From the NCBI RefSeq assembly GCF_009914755.1, contig NC_060927.1: DNA of 64,000 bases; one strand, written 5' to 3'. The notes beneath the pieces were generated by a model. The model was given only the letters and a program-made list of their open reading frames with translations. It was not told the origin of the DNA and did no database searches. Made by a program: the position numbers and the translations under genes. This document shows positions 16,821-31,283 of the stretch, piece by piece. Positions within the stretch are counted from its first letter, which is position 1. The number at the start of each line of letters is the position of its first letter. The DNA comes from the human T2T-CHM13v2.0 reference genome, Homo sapiens.

Positions 16821-17509
16821 GGATAATATTGCATTAAGGCTGTGTTTTTTTGACTTGACTCAGAGAAGGGACCTATTTCATTTATTTTCTTCCTTAGGCT
16901 ATTTGACCTCTTGGCTACCACTGTTATGCAGAGCAGACTCTTCTAAAGATGTTTGCTCTATGTAAAATATTTGAAAGTTAACACCAACTATATATACACA
17001 TGAGTTAGGCAAAGTAAAATTTGATCTGTAGAAAAATGAGGTTAATCTACTTAATCTACTGCTTTCATCGTATTTGACTTCTGATTAAAACAGCATTGTA
17101 CTCTCACAGGGAAATCTTTAAATGCTTTCTATGCAATGTCTTCTATGAAAAACTCTGCTTCATCTTTTAACCATTATTTTTCCACTACAGTTTTCTCTAC
17201 TGACTCCAGTTAAGCTATTCCAGCTGGGTTTCCCAAAAGAGATTATTTCTTCCCCCATTACATCTCATTTGTTAACTCAAATATTGCTCCCACCATCTTT
17301 CCAAGTCAAAATTAAACATACCATCAAAATCCATCCCAATTATTTACTGTTAGGAAGATCCTTAAGTAACCTGTTTCAAATTTGTTTCCTCTTGTCTCTG
17401 AAGTCTATATTTTATTGTGTCTGTTATTTACAACTTTGCACATGGATATTTAAGATAATGGAATTAAGAGATGAGATATTTTAATTTTTCATTTTGCCCA
17501 GGATTCAAA

Positions 17510-17730
17510 GCTTGGGTAGTGCTTAAGGGCATGGGTTCAGGAATTAGACTATCTGTGTTTAAAGCTGTCACTCTCACGTCTCTTCTGTGAATTGGGGCAA
17601 TAGGCAATGTTTCTAAACCACAAGGTTTATCTCTGATATTGGAGTGATAGGACTGCTCAAAGGTTAAATCAGCTATTTTATGGAAAGTGCCTGGCACAGT
17701 GCATGGCACATAGCACTCAATAAACAGCAA
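17510..17730 (+). mobile_element. MIR
   Basis: gtagtgcttaagggcatggg...ctgtgaattgggg...cctggcacagtgcatggcacatagcactcaataaa. Confidence 0.7.
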
Positions 17731-20234
17731 TCAACAAATAACATGGTATTGGGCACCCGGCAAGCACGTTATTTAAAGGTGAATGAGAGGGTGGACGCTT
17801 GAAGCAAGAAAGACTTTGAAAAACAAATTTGTGTTAATTTGTGAATTAAAGTGACTTGTGACATTATGGCTAAGTGGTTAGAGTTCCTGGTGGGCTTTGG
17901 CTGGGGGTCACTGGAAACAGATACCTTTGGACAGTTTTGTGGAGTGATGGCACCCGTAGGGATGATTAACCCTCTTACAATTTTAACTGACAAAATCTTC
18001 CTAGGTAACATTGAAAAACACTTGAAAGACAATTGAACATTTGCTTTGTCCAAGTATTCCCTATTGTAAGCAGATTTGTTAAGTATAAAGACAGATATAT
18101 ATAATAGTGAAAGCAGTTAAAGATTGTACGTTACCTCCAAGGATGATTAGTTCTGCAGATCACTCTGGGAAAATCCTTTAAACAACAAATTCTTCTGCTG
18201 CATTTAAAGTGTAATTGATTATTAGAAATTTGATTTAAGGTGAAACTCTCCATGAAAACATTGAAAGCAGGGTACAGATATAAGTGGAAATATTAGAACT
18301 TGTTGGTGTAGACAGTAATTTGATTTACATTTATTTTTTTAGTATCCAGGTACACTATTCTAAACCTAAATAAAGCCAACTGGGAAAATTGTTATTTGAA
18401 GAAAGGATGTTTCTTAAAGGCTCATATGGAATACGAAAACATTTCTGTTTTTTCAGATGAACATTTTATCATTTGAGGTAGAGAGAAAAATATATTTTCT
18501 CTATATTTTTCAAGGAATAAATTGATGCAAAATGTTTTCAGTAATTTAACTTTTAAAGATAAACAGTTTCTATTTTCTTTTCTATCTTGTTCTTTTTCAA
18601 TGTTATAAGACACTCTTCATAGCAGATATCTTGTATAAAACTGGCTTTATTTCAAAAGCTTGATTATATCTTGTTTTGCAAAGATTTTATTGGAACTATC
18701 TATATATTTTTAACATTACTTAAAGTGAATCACTTACATGGAATAGACTCTTTCCAAATTGTTACTACTGTTTTATACAGAAATTTAGTCATCAGAAGTA
18801 GTTACAATGATCTCTTTTCTGCTATTATGCACCATATACAAAGTGAAGTTTCATGGAATCTGTGCATCATTTGATTATCAGTTTCCATTCATTGTAGGAA
18901 TAAGACACCATACATACTTTGGGAAGGACTGATGAGCTAATATAATGTTTTAAATCTGAATCAGAATTTCTGTCTGCCTTTAGTGCCATGCAAATCATCA
19001 TATGTTTAATTTCAGTGAGTCTTTAAAATTTAAGAATAGAAATGGCTACATGAAACTCTATCTTTGTTTAGGTTCAACCAGGTGAATACCGTGGTGTGAG
19101 AATGTGACTGAAGGTAGTGTTTATCTGTGGGACATCCAGGGTAGCTAGGATGAAAACAGAATCATTTCATGGAGGTAGCTGGTATGTGGTACAAAAATAC
19201 ACGGTGGGAAGCATAACTTGATTTGCATATGCACTCATTTGTGCACTGAATCTTGCTTGCGTTCAGGTTCCCATCTTTTCCAGGTAAAGGGGTCCAATTT
19301 ATTAAAAAGTTTAACCCAATATTAGAACATCTGGATGTTATTTTTTCCCATTCATTTATTTCATCTTAAGAAAATGACCGTAACTTTAATCTCAGTTCTG
19401 AAGAACCTGGATTCTTAAATTGCTGCAAGAGAATGGATTCATCAAATCAACTCGTCTTAGGGTTTATAAAGGCTTTTTAGATCCAAAGTCCATGCTTTTA
19501 ATTAAACCTCACTCCACAGCCCAAAATATAAAATACATATTGTCAGAATTTACTTTATTGAAGTAGAAGAAGAAGGCATAATGCTCCTCCTGCTCTAATA
19601 TCGCTCTCATTTCCTCTCCTCTTTCCCTGCTGGATGGTCCTTGAGGCATTCTTTGAAATCCGAGGGTCTTCAGAAGCATGGATGGAAAACGCCTGAGGAT
19701 CTTGACCCTCCTTGTATCAGGAAGAGAATTAAGTTACTTGAAGAAGTAAGGTTTTGAGACAGATATTGAATTATGAAGATGGATCCAGCATCCAAACACT
19801 TTCACTTCTAGCCCAGTTATATACGATAGCTTGTGTTGCACTGACATATGCTTATATGCCTATGCTTATATGATTAATTAATTATGCTTATATGATTAAT
19901 CACTAGGCCGTTTGGAGAAAAAGAAGGTACATGTCATATAGAATTGAAAAGGACTGGAGAAGAACCAGAGGTTTGAGTAGAAAAAGAATTATGAGGTATA
20001 ATGATTTATATCTTGTTTTTATAATCTTCCACGATATTCCTTCTTAACATTTACTTAATTACTATGATGAACAACAAATAATCATCAACTGCTTACAACA
20101 CAGAATCGTCTGGCTGAGGAAGTTTTGATTTGGAACCTCAAGAGCAGGTTATGATCTCAGAAAATTAAATATTTGTTTCATGTCTCGCCATAACTACTAC
20201 TAACATATTTAATAAAGAAAATAATGAATTGGTC

Positions 20235-20546
20235 TCTTTGCATGGCCAGCTTCCTTCTTATCCCTCAGGGATCAGGTTAAACTTCATTTCCTCAGAGATG
20301 ACTCTCAGCAGATTCTGCCTGTCATTTTCTATAATGACACTTGTTTATTTCCCATAAATGAGACAATCCCTATTTATTCTTTTTGTATTTATTCCTTTGC
20401 TATTAGTCTTTCAGCACATCTAAACTGTAAGCTCTGTCATACCAGGGTTCATGTCTTTCTTGTTCACTGTTGAACCTCCAGCAACTGGCACAGTTGCTAT
20501 CATGTAGCAGGTGCTCAATAGATAATTATTGAACTAATAAATGAAT
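20235..20546 (+). mobile_element. L2 3' end
   Basis: ctgtaagctc...cttgttcactgttg...gtagcaggtgctcaata...gaactaataaatgaat. Confidence 0.75.
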
Positions 20547-21064
20547 ATATTTATACAGATAGCTATCTCATGAATATCTTAACATGAATTATATATAAAT
20601 GCTCTTTAAGATGCATATAACATATATTCACATATACACATTTTGAATTCATATTCAGTTCTGAAAAGTTACAGTTCAACATGGTCCTAAAATTGTTAGC
20701 GATAATTACTGGATGACATCTTGATGTGCATTTGTGGTGCTTATATTCAGTTACCGAGTTCAATGAGCAAACTTCATGAGAAAACATTCAGCCATATGCT
20801 GCTTCGGAGTTGCAGTACATTGGAGATTAGTCACAGCTTTTCTTTCAATGACTTTGAATTTCCAAATGGTTCAGTGGCTTCCATTTTAGGTTTCATTTTT
20901 GGCTTTCTCTCCAATTGCTGCAAAATTACATGGCAAAATTACAAGGAAAGATTAGACAACATAAATATTTTCTATTCCCTAGGGTACTTATAGCTTTGAA
21001 AACAATAATGTAGTCAAATTACTGAATCAGGTTTAATAAGCATCTCAGAGTGTGCTAATCAATG

Positions 21065-21650
21065 AGTCAATTAATCAATTGACAATCTCTTTATTGACAG
21101 CCTCTATAGACAGCGTTGTGATACAGACATATAAATATATACAGAAGGATCTCTTTCAGTAGATAATAGAATGTCTATTAGTGATAAAAATGTTACTCTG
21201 AAAACCAGTTAATTACTTAAGCCAACTAACATTAATTGTATATATAATCAAGGTAACAAGAAATGAACCATCATTGTTGGGAGATTTAATGGAGGAGTTA
21301 AGATTTAATCTTGGCTTTGAGTCATGGTATTTGGAGAGATGATGGCTTTTTCAGGAGCTGGTGGGAGTGAAAAGGAGCATGCACAAAACTTCAGGCATTG
21401 TGGAAAGGGGACTTAGGAGATTTGGTTGAGCCAGTCTCCTGGGAAGTAGAAAGCAATGAAGTGGTGTTTTTAGGGTGAGATGAGTTCATGGAAGTCCTTA
21501 AATGTGGAGCAGTTTCATGTGATGTGTAACAGGGAGGGATTGTTTTCCTTCAAGTAATTCAATGATGTGATGCAAAGTGTAATTTAAAGAAAATTAACCT
21601 GGTAGTGATATGCAGAATTAGTTTAAAAAGGAAAAATGGAGTTAAATAGT
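21065..21650 (-). mobile_element. L2 fragment
   Basis: tcaattaatcaattgacaatctctttattgacagcct start plus a purine-rich L2 body. Confidence 0.55.
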
Positions 21651-22409
21651 AGGAAATAAAGATACATGTTTAGCATTTCATTTCTCAAGAAATTCTAGTT
21701 TTTAAAAACACACTTTCTTTAGTCATCCGAAATCCAGTTTCTGACTAGAGCAATATAAAGTATGAGTCACTCACAGCTTAAATATGACAAGTTGTGTACT
21801 AAATGAATCCTAAATTGTATGTGTGTAATTTAGAGACATTTTTGCTTATGAAGATATATTCAGTTAAGCATCTCTTACCTACTGTTATATTGAATCAAAA
21901 CATACATCAACATCTTTGTGACAGCTCCATGGATGAAATGTTTTCATTAGGTTTATGATAACAAACTAAACCCAGAATAAATTCATAAAGAGTGTGTCTG
22001 TAATGATAGGAAATGAAATGAGAAGAAATTCATAATGATATCTCAATCGCATTCAAATTGATCAGTAGATAGTGAATGGGTGATTACCATTGATCTATTT
22101 CGTATGCACATACAACAGATGTTTTCTTTAAACACCTCCAAAAAATGTGTTTTATGCTGAAATATACAATGAATATAGTCTTAAAAAGACTGAAGACTTG
22201 AGATGGATGCCAGGGATAAGAGAAAGTTGGCAGCATCTGGGGCCGTGTCAGGAGGAGAATCAGCATTTCCAAAGGTGACAAAAAACAGCTTAATTTGCTC
22301 TTGGATTTAATTCCAGGATTTAAATGTAGTTTAAAAAAAGCACTGCATTAGATTTAGCTACATGAAGCTAGAATAATTTTATTCCCAGAATTAACCAGTT
22401 ACTTACTAT

Positions 22410-23200
22410 CTAGTTGAGCCAATCAGAAACCTAGGGTCATCTTTGATGCATTCTTTATTAACATAACCCTCATCCAATCCATTACAAGTGCTGATTTTAC
22501 TCACTACATAACACTGTCATCACCCAGCTTCACATCATTCCTACTATTACCACCTTTGTCCAAAACAGTATCATCTCTTTTCAGAACTTCTGGTATTGTG
22601 TACCCTGCATTCACACTGGCCTTTATCGAATTTATTCCCTACTTAGCAGTCAGCATGATCTTTTATGTACCTTTTCCCATCACCAAATCAAAATATTTCT
22701 ATGACTTTACAGTCTTAGGAAACAATCCCAAATTGTTAACAATGAATGACTAAAGACCACGTGTGGCCTCATTGCTGCCTATCTTTGCAGGCTCATTTTC
22801 CACTGCCCACCTCCAGGTCCTGCCATAGGAGCCATTCTTCTTGTCGCCATCATGCTTCTGTGCACATGCTCTTTCTTATATTTGGAAGCCCCTCTGCCCT
22901 GCTTTTTCCTGCTCAACTATTATTCATTCCTTGAATATCAGCTTCAACTTACTTCCTAAAGGAAGACTTCTTTGAATTCCTAGTTTAAAACATATGATAT
23001 TTTTGTAGCTGTCTTGGTTCATGTTTCTTTTTCTCAGAGCACTCAGCTCTTCTATAATTATGAACTCATCAGCTGGATTTTTATTTTATATTTGTTTTCT
23101 GTACTAGATTTTTTGCTCTCTGAAAGTCAAGGTCACGACTCTTTCCTCTTGCCATTTTATCCCCAATGCCTAGCACAGCAGCTGGCATATAGTGAGTTTT
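22410..23200 (+). mobile_element. L2 fragment
   Basis: gaaacctagggtcatctttga...catccaatccatt...ccccaatgcctagcacagcagctggcatatag. Confidence 0.7.
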
Positions 23201-23299
23201 CACTCTGCTTTCACTCCACATTTATGGCTGGTACTTCATAAATCCATTACCACACAAACCATTGTTTTTCCATCTGTGAAATGGAGAACAACTAAGTCT

Positions 23300-23937
23300 C
23301 ACTTCTATGAGAATATATTCCTTGTGGAAGTATCTATTCAAGCTAAATACAGCATATCCAGTTTGACTAAGAAATTCCCTAAGACTTTCTGACTCAGGAA
23401 TTCCATGCTTAGGTAAAAACCCAACAGAAGTACAAATGTATGTCCCATAGAAGATATGTTTAAGAATGTTCTAGCAAGCATTATCACAATAGATAAATTC
23501 AGAAAGCAATCCATATGCATCAATAACACAATGAATAAATAAATCATGAAGTATTCATGCAATGAAGTACCACCCACAATGAAAATGGATGAAGTGTTGC
23601 TACATTACAACAAAGTAGATGGATGTCACAAACATAATGTTGAGCAAGAGAAGCCAGAAACAAAAAAAAAAAAAATGCATACTGTGTGCTTCCAGTTCCG
23701 TAAATTTGAAAAGTATGGAGAACTGATTGATGACAGTAGGAGTTAGAATAGTGGTTAATTTTAGGGGGCTAAGATGAGAGGTGGGTAATTTTACCAACAA
23801 TAGGTATTGGTAAAATTCTATTTCTGGGTCTACTTTGTGGCTACATGGGGATATTTGCTTTGTTAAAAAAAATGAACTGAACACCCATGAATTTGTCTAT
23901 TTTTCTGTATGTCTGTGATATTTAAAGTAAAAAGTTA
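23300..23937 (+). mobile_element. Old L1 (L1ME/L1MD-type) 3' end
   Basis: gactcaggaattccatgcttaggt...acaaacataatgttgagcaagagaagccaga...ttttctgtatgt...gtaaaaagtta. Confidence 0.75.
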
Positions 23938-24110
23938 TTGTTTCTGATAGAGTAGATTATTTAAATTTTGAATCATTTCAATTTGTTATAATGCCTTTAT
24001 TAGAAAATGATCATTTAAATTTCAAATGTATTGACTTATGTACATTCTACTGACTGTTAGCTAATGAGATATACTTTTCTTGTCCTATAGCTAGACATTG
24101 GCTAAATTCT

Positions 24111-24365
24111 ATAATAATAGCTAACATTAAGTGAGCATTCGTTATGTGACAGATACCAGAACAAATGCCTTCCGTGCAATATCTCACTTAATCTCCATGA
24201 CAACCATATATACAAGGTACTATTATTTTCATTCTCTTGTAAATGAAGGTGCTAAAGTAGAGAACTTCAATAATGTGAGGAAGGTAACAGAATTAATAAA
24301 TGGCGGAGCAAGGATCTGAACTGAAATCGAAAGCTCTAGCCCCCATATCTTAACTGTTACTCTGC
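24111..24365 (-). mobile_element. MIR
   Basis: aataatagctaacatt...tctcacttaatctccatgacaacc...aaatggcggagcaaggatctgaac. Confidence 0.8.
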
Positions 24366-25614
24366 CTCTCCGTAAAGATGCCAAATAAACTCTTTAATAT
24401 TTCTATATTAATTTATATATAAGAATTTAAATGAAAAAGTTTGAATAATGATACTTACTACAGGCTTTCCAATATTGCCTGAGTGATAGGCATTTACATT
24501 ACAAGTGCTTATATAATTAGACTACACTTGAATTTTAGGGAATTAAACTAATGTAATTTCTTAGTACAGTCAGTTCAAGTAAATTCAGTCAAAATACAAT
24601 AGCTAGGGCTTGAAAAGTTCTTTAAGAATATGGGCAAAGCAATAAAATAACCTCACTATTTCTCTCAAAATGAGAAATAGCATTTCTCTAGCTAATGCCA
24701 CTACATTTTATAAACAAAATGAGAAAATAATTTACAGCTATATATTTGAAGAGTGAGTGAATGTAATTTACCAAATTTCCATATTTGTATATAGCCTGTT
24801 ATAAAAGTAATAGCCAAGTTTTCATAGCAAGTACTTTATGTTTACAAATGTTCTCATATAAATTTTGGTGCACTCCCATCGAATAGCTTTTATAATGAAA
24901 TGTTAGAAATATATAAAATATATAAAATTATTAATCTTCAATACTTTTTACAATGAAAGCAAACTATCTTAAAATTTAAATTATCTTAATATATTCATGT
25001 AAGCCACAAGTGATTTTGAAATGTCTAAGTACAAGTATAACAAGACATGGTGCTGATAAAACTTGATGAGTTAGCAATAGCAAAAAAATTTGTTACCACT
25101 AACATTACAATCAATCATATTTCTTATCCTGGAGAACATCCTAAAATAAACAAAAATAATTTGGTAAGATTTTAACTGTAAAAGTACTTCATAACTGCTT
25201 GTATTAAGAAATATATAAATTATTTATTAGAAGTTGAAAACTGCTAACAGTTGCAGCACAATGATCACTGCTGATATTAATGCAAAAATAATAGTAGTTG
25301 GCTATTGCGCTGAAAGTTTCCTCCCAGTAAATGGAAAAAGGAACAAAAATCACATGAGCTGAAGTAGTTACAGAAAATGCCCTAGAGCCATTGAAGGCAA
25401 TAACAATTAATGTGGCTTTCAGAAACTAATCTCCCAATTCTGATTTCCTCCAGTTTTCTGTTGATCTAAACCCAGAAGTCCCCTTGCGTTTAATAAAGAA
25501 CCGGTAATCATGCTAAGAATCAACATGTTTCTGTCATTACCTCTAAGAACTAGCCCTACCTTTCTTTCCTATTCTTTCCTGTATATATTTCCTTGGATCC
25601 CAGGTTTTCTGGTG

Positions 25615-25918
25615 TTATTATTATTATTATTATTGAGACAGGGTCTCACTCTGTTGCCCAGACTGGAGTGCAGCGGTGCGATCTCAGCTCACTGCAACCT
25701 CCGCCTCCCCGGGTTCAAGCAATTCTTGTGTCTTAGCCTCCCAAGTAGCTGGGATTACAGACGCACACCACCATGCCTGGTTAATTTTTGTATTTTTTAT
25801 TAGAGACGGAGTTTCACCATGTTAACCAGCATGTCTCAAACTCTTAACCTCAAGTGATTCACCTGCCTCGGCCTCCCAAAGCTCTGGGATTACAGGTGTG
25901 GGCCACTGCGCCCCAGCC
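25615..25918 (-). mobile_element. AluS (Sz/Sx-like)
   Basis: (TTA)n tail, full dimer, TSD tctggt(g/a)ttatt. Confidence 0.95.
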
Positions 25919-25940
25919 CTCTGGTATTATTTTAAAGAAA

Positions 25941-25978
25941 CCTCTCTCTCTCGCTCTGTCTCTCTCTCTCTGTGTATA

Positions 25979-26011
<33 letters not shown>
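25941..26011. repeat. Compound (CT)n(TG)n(TA)n microsatellite
   Basis: Directly visible. Confidence 0.9.
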
Positions 26012-28413
26012 GAAATTATAATATATGATTTATATTCTCCTAAAACTATTTTAATATTTCCTTGATTACACTGGTAAATCTAGGAGATAAAAACTTTCCA
26101 TTATATTTCAGACTCAGTTGGATATCAGGAACAACGTTACTCACTCAGATTCTCACCTTGGCAAAATATTTCAGTAAAATTAAGTTTAGCTTTTTGCAGC
26201 TCACTTACCCTGGAATTGATGATGTCTGTTGGATGGTAAATAAATGCCAATGACCATGAGCTGAGTGAACAAAGTACGCTACAAAGATTTGTTGATAGAA
26301 AAGTGGGACAAGTATTGCAGTTCCTAAGGATGGGATGACTAATAAATCATCTGTGTCTCAAGACAGACATAAAACAAGGGAACAGCGTGCCCTGCATTGC
26401 CTTTTTCTTTCTTTCTTTTTTTTATTTTTTAAGCGGCAGTCATTTTTTATTTATCTAATTTTTACTTTGTTTCTTTTTTATTTTTCCATAAGTTATTGGG
26501 GTACAGGTGGTATTTGGTTACATGAGTAAGTTCTTTAGGGATGATTTGTGAGATTTTGGTGCACCCATCCCTGGAGCAGTATACACTGCATCATATTTGT
26601 AGTCTTCTATCCCTCACCCCCCTCCCACTCTTCCCCCAAAGTCCCCAAAGTCCATTGCATCATTCTTATGCCTTTGTGTCCTTATAGCTTAGCTCCCACA
26701 TATCAGTGAGAACATATGGTGTTTGGTTTTCCATTCCTGAGTTACTTCACTTACAATAAAAGTCTCTAATAGCATCTGTTAATTCATTCCTTTTCATGGC
26801 TGCATAGTATTCCATTGTGTGTGTGTGTGTGCGTGTGTGTGTGTGTGTATACATATTCTCTATCCACTCGTTGATTGATGGGCATTTTTGTTGGTTCCAC
26901 AATTTTGCAGTTGTGAATTGTGCTGCTATAACCATGAGTGTGCAAGTATCTTTTTCAAATAACGACTTCTTTTCCTCTGGGTACATACCCAGTAGTGGGA
27001 ATGCTGGATCAAATGGTAGTTCTACTTTTAGTTCTTTAAGGAATCTCCACACTGTCTTCCATAGTGACTGTGCTAATTTACATTCCCACCAGCAGTGTAG
27101 AAATGTTCCCTGATCACCACATCCATGCCAGCCTCTACTGTTTTTTTATTTTTTTATTTTGGCGATTCTTGCAGGAGTGAGGTGGTATAGCACTGTGCTT
27201 TTGATTTGCATTTTCCTGATCATTAGTGATGTTGTGCATTTTTTCATATGTTTGTTGGCCATTTGTATATCTTCTTTTGAGAATTGTCTATTTATGTCTT
27301 TTGTCCACTTTTTGATGGGATTGTTTGTTTGTTTGTTTTTTTCTTACTGATTTAATTATAGATTCTGGATATTAGTCTTTGTCAGATGTATAGATTGTGA
27401 AGATTTTCTCCCACTCTGGGGGTTGTCTGTTTACTCTGCTTACTATTCCTTTTGCTGTGCCAAAGCTCGTTAGTTTAATTAGGTCCCAGCTATTTATCAT
27501 TGTTTTTATTGCATTTGCTTTTTGGTTCTTGGTCATGAAATCCTTGCCTAAGCCAATGTCTAGAAGGGTTGTTCCAATGTTATCTTCTAGAATTTTTATA
27601 GTTTCAGGTCTTAGGTTTAAGTTTTTAATCCATCTTGAGTTGATTTTTGTATAAGGTGAGAGATGAGGATCCAGTTTCATTCTCCTACATGTGGCTAGCC
27701 AATTATCCCAGCACCGTTTGTTGAATAGAGTGTCCTTTCTCCACTTTATGTTTTTGTTTGCTTTGTGGAAGATCTGTTGGCTGTAAGTATTTGGGTTTAT
27801 TTCTGGGTTCTCTATTCTGTTCTGTTTGTCTATGTGCATATTTTTGTACCAGCACCATGCTGTTTTGGTGACTATGGCCTTACAGTATAGTTTGAAATCA
27901 GGTAGTGTGATGCCTCCAGATTTGTTATTTTTGCTTAGACTTGCTTTGGCTATGCAGGCTGTTTTTAGGTTCCATATGAATTTTAGAATTGTTTTTTATG
28001 ATTCTGTGAAGAATAATGGTGGTATTTTGATGGGGATTGCATTGAATTTGTAGATTGCTTTTGCCCGTATGGTCATTTTCACAATGTTGATTCTACCCAT
28101 CCATGAGCATGGGATGTTTTTCCATTTGTTCATGTCATCTATGATTTCTTTCGGCAGTGTTTTGTAGTTTTCCTTGTAGAGGTCTTTTGACTCCTTGGTT
28201 AGGTATATTCCTAAATATTTTATTTTTATTTTTTCACAGCTATTGTAAAAGGGGTTGAGTTCTTGATTTGATTCTGCACTTGGTTGCTGTTGGTGTATAG
28301 AATAGCTTCTGATTTGTGTACATTAACTTTGTATCCAGAAACATTGCTGAATTATTTTATCAGTTCTAGGAGCTTTCTGGAGGAGTCCTTAGGGTTTTTG
28401 AGGTAAACACTCA

Positions 28414-28524
<111 letters not shown>

Positions 28525-30980
28525 CTATGTTGAAGAGGAGTGGTGAGAGTGACCATCCTTGTCTTGTTCCAGTTCTCAGAGGGAATGCTTTCAACTTTCC
28601 CCATTCTGTATTATGTTGGCTGCGGGTTTGTCATAAATGGCTTTTATTACATTAAGGTATGTCCCTTTTATGCCGATTTTGCTGAGTGTTTTCATCATAA
28701 AGGGATGCTGGATTTTGTTGAATCCTTATTCTGCATCTGTTGAGATGATCATGTAACTTTTGTTTTTAATTCTGTTTATGTGGTATATCACATTTATTGA
28801 CTTGCATATGTTAAACAATCCCTTCATCCCTGGTATGAAACCCGCTTGATCATGGTGGATTATCTTTTTCATAGGTTGTTGGATTTGGTTAGCAAGTATT
28901 TTATTAAGGATTTTAGCACCTATGTTCTTCAAGGATATCAATCTGTAGTTTTGTTTTTTGGTTATGTCCTTTCCTGATTTTGGTGTTAGGGTGATGCTGG
29001 TTTCATAGAATGAATTAGGGAGGGTTTGTTCTTTCTTTATCTTGTGGAATAGTTATAAAAGGATTGGTACCAATTCTTCTTTGAATATCTGGTAGAATTC
29101 TCCTGTGAATCTGTCTGGTCCTGGACTTTTTTTGTTGGTAATTTTTAAATTACCCTTTCGATCTTGCTGCTTGTTATTGGTTTGTTCTGGGTATCTCATT
29201 CTTCCTGATTTTAGCTAGGATGGTTGAATTTGGTTGAATTTATCCGTCTCTTCTAGGTTTTCTAGTTTATGTGCATAAAGTTGTTCATAGTAGCATTGAA
29301 TGATCTTTAGTATTTCTGTGGTGTCATTTGTAACATATCCTGTTTCGTTTCTTAATGAGGTTATTTGGATTTTCTCTTCTTTTCTTGGTTAATCTTGCCA
29401 AAGGTCTATTAATTTTATTTATCTTTTTGAAGAATCAGCTTTTTGTTTCATTTATCTTTTGTATTTTTTTTCAAATTCATTTAATTCTGCTCTGATCTTG
29501 GTTATTTCCTTTCTTCTGCTGGGTTTGGGTTTGGTTTGTTCTTCTTTCTCTAGTCCCTTGAGGTGTGACCTTAGAGTATCAGTCCGTGCTCTTTCAGTCT
29601 TCTTGATGTAGGCATTTAGGGTTATGAACTTTCCTCTTAGCACTGCCTTTGCTGTATCACAGGTTTTGATAGGTTGTGCCATTATTATCATTCAATTAGA
29701 AACATTTAAAATTTCCATCTTGATTTTATTTTTGACCCAATGCTCATTCAGGAGCAGGTTATTTAATTTCCATGTATTTGCATGGTTCTTAAGGTTCCTT
29801 TTGGAGTTGATTTCCAGTTTTATTCGACTGTGGTCTGAGAGAGTGCTTGATATAATTTAAATTTTCTTAAATTTATTGAGGCTCCCTTTATGGCCTATCA
29901 TGTGCTCTATCTTGGAGAATGTTCCATGCGCTGTTGAATAGAATGTGTATGCTGTGGTTGTTGGATGAAACATTCTGTATATATCTGTTAAGTCCATTTG
30001 TTCCAAGGTACAGTTTAAATCCATTGTTTCTTTGTAGGCTTTCTGTCTTGATGATCTGTCTAGTGCTGTCGGTGGAGTATTGAAGTCCCCCACTATTATT
30101 GTGTTTCTATCTATCTCATTTCTTAGGTCTATTCGTAATTGTTTTATTAATTTGGGAGCTCCAGTTATAGGTGCATATTTGTTTAGAACTGTGATATTTT
30201 ATTGTTGGACAAGGCCTTTTATCATTACATAATGTCCCTCTTTGTTTCATTTAACTGCTGTTGCTTTAAAGTTTGCTTTGTCTGATATAAGAATAGCTAA
30301 CCCTTCTCATTTTTGGTCTCCATTTGCATGAAATGCCTTTTTGCACCCTGTTACTTTAATTTTATGTGAGTCTTTATTTGCTAGGTGAGTCTCCTGAAGG
30401 CAGCAGATAGTTGGTTGGTGAGTTCTTATCCATTCTGTGTTTCTCTATCTTTTAAGTGGAGCATTTAGATCATTTGCATTCAATGTTAGTATTGAAATGT
30501 GAGGTACAATTGCATTCATTGTGATCTTTGTTGCCTGCGTACTTTTTTTTTTTTCTGTTTTCTTTTTAACTTGATTTTTGTTTTATAGGTCCCTTGTGAT
30601 TTATGCTTTAAAGAGGTTCTGTTTTGATGTGTTTCAAGGATTTGTTTCAAGATTTAGAGCTCCTTTTACAATTCTTGTAGTTGTGGCTTGCTAATGGCAA
30701 ATTCTCTCAGCATTTGTTTGTCTGAAAAAGACTCTATCTTTTCTTCATGTATGATGCCTAGTTTCACTGGATACAAAATTCTTGGCTGATAATTGTTTTG
30801 TTTGAGGAGGCTAAAGATAGGGCCCCAATCCCTTCTAGCTTGTAGGGTTTCTGCTGAGAAATCTGCTGTTAATCTGATAGATTTTCCTTTATAGGTGACC
30901 CAGTGCTTCTGTCTCACAGCTCTTAAGATTCTTTCCTTCATCTTAACTTTGGATAACCTGATGACAATGTGCCTAGGTGA

Positions 30981-31283
<303 letters not shown>

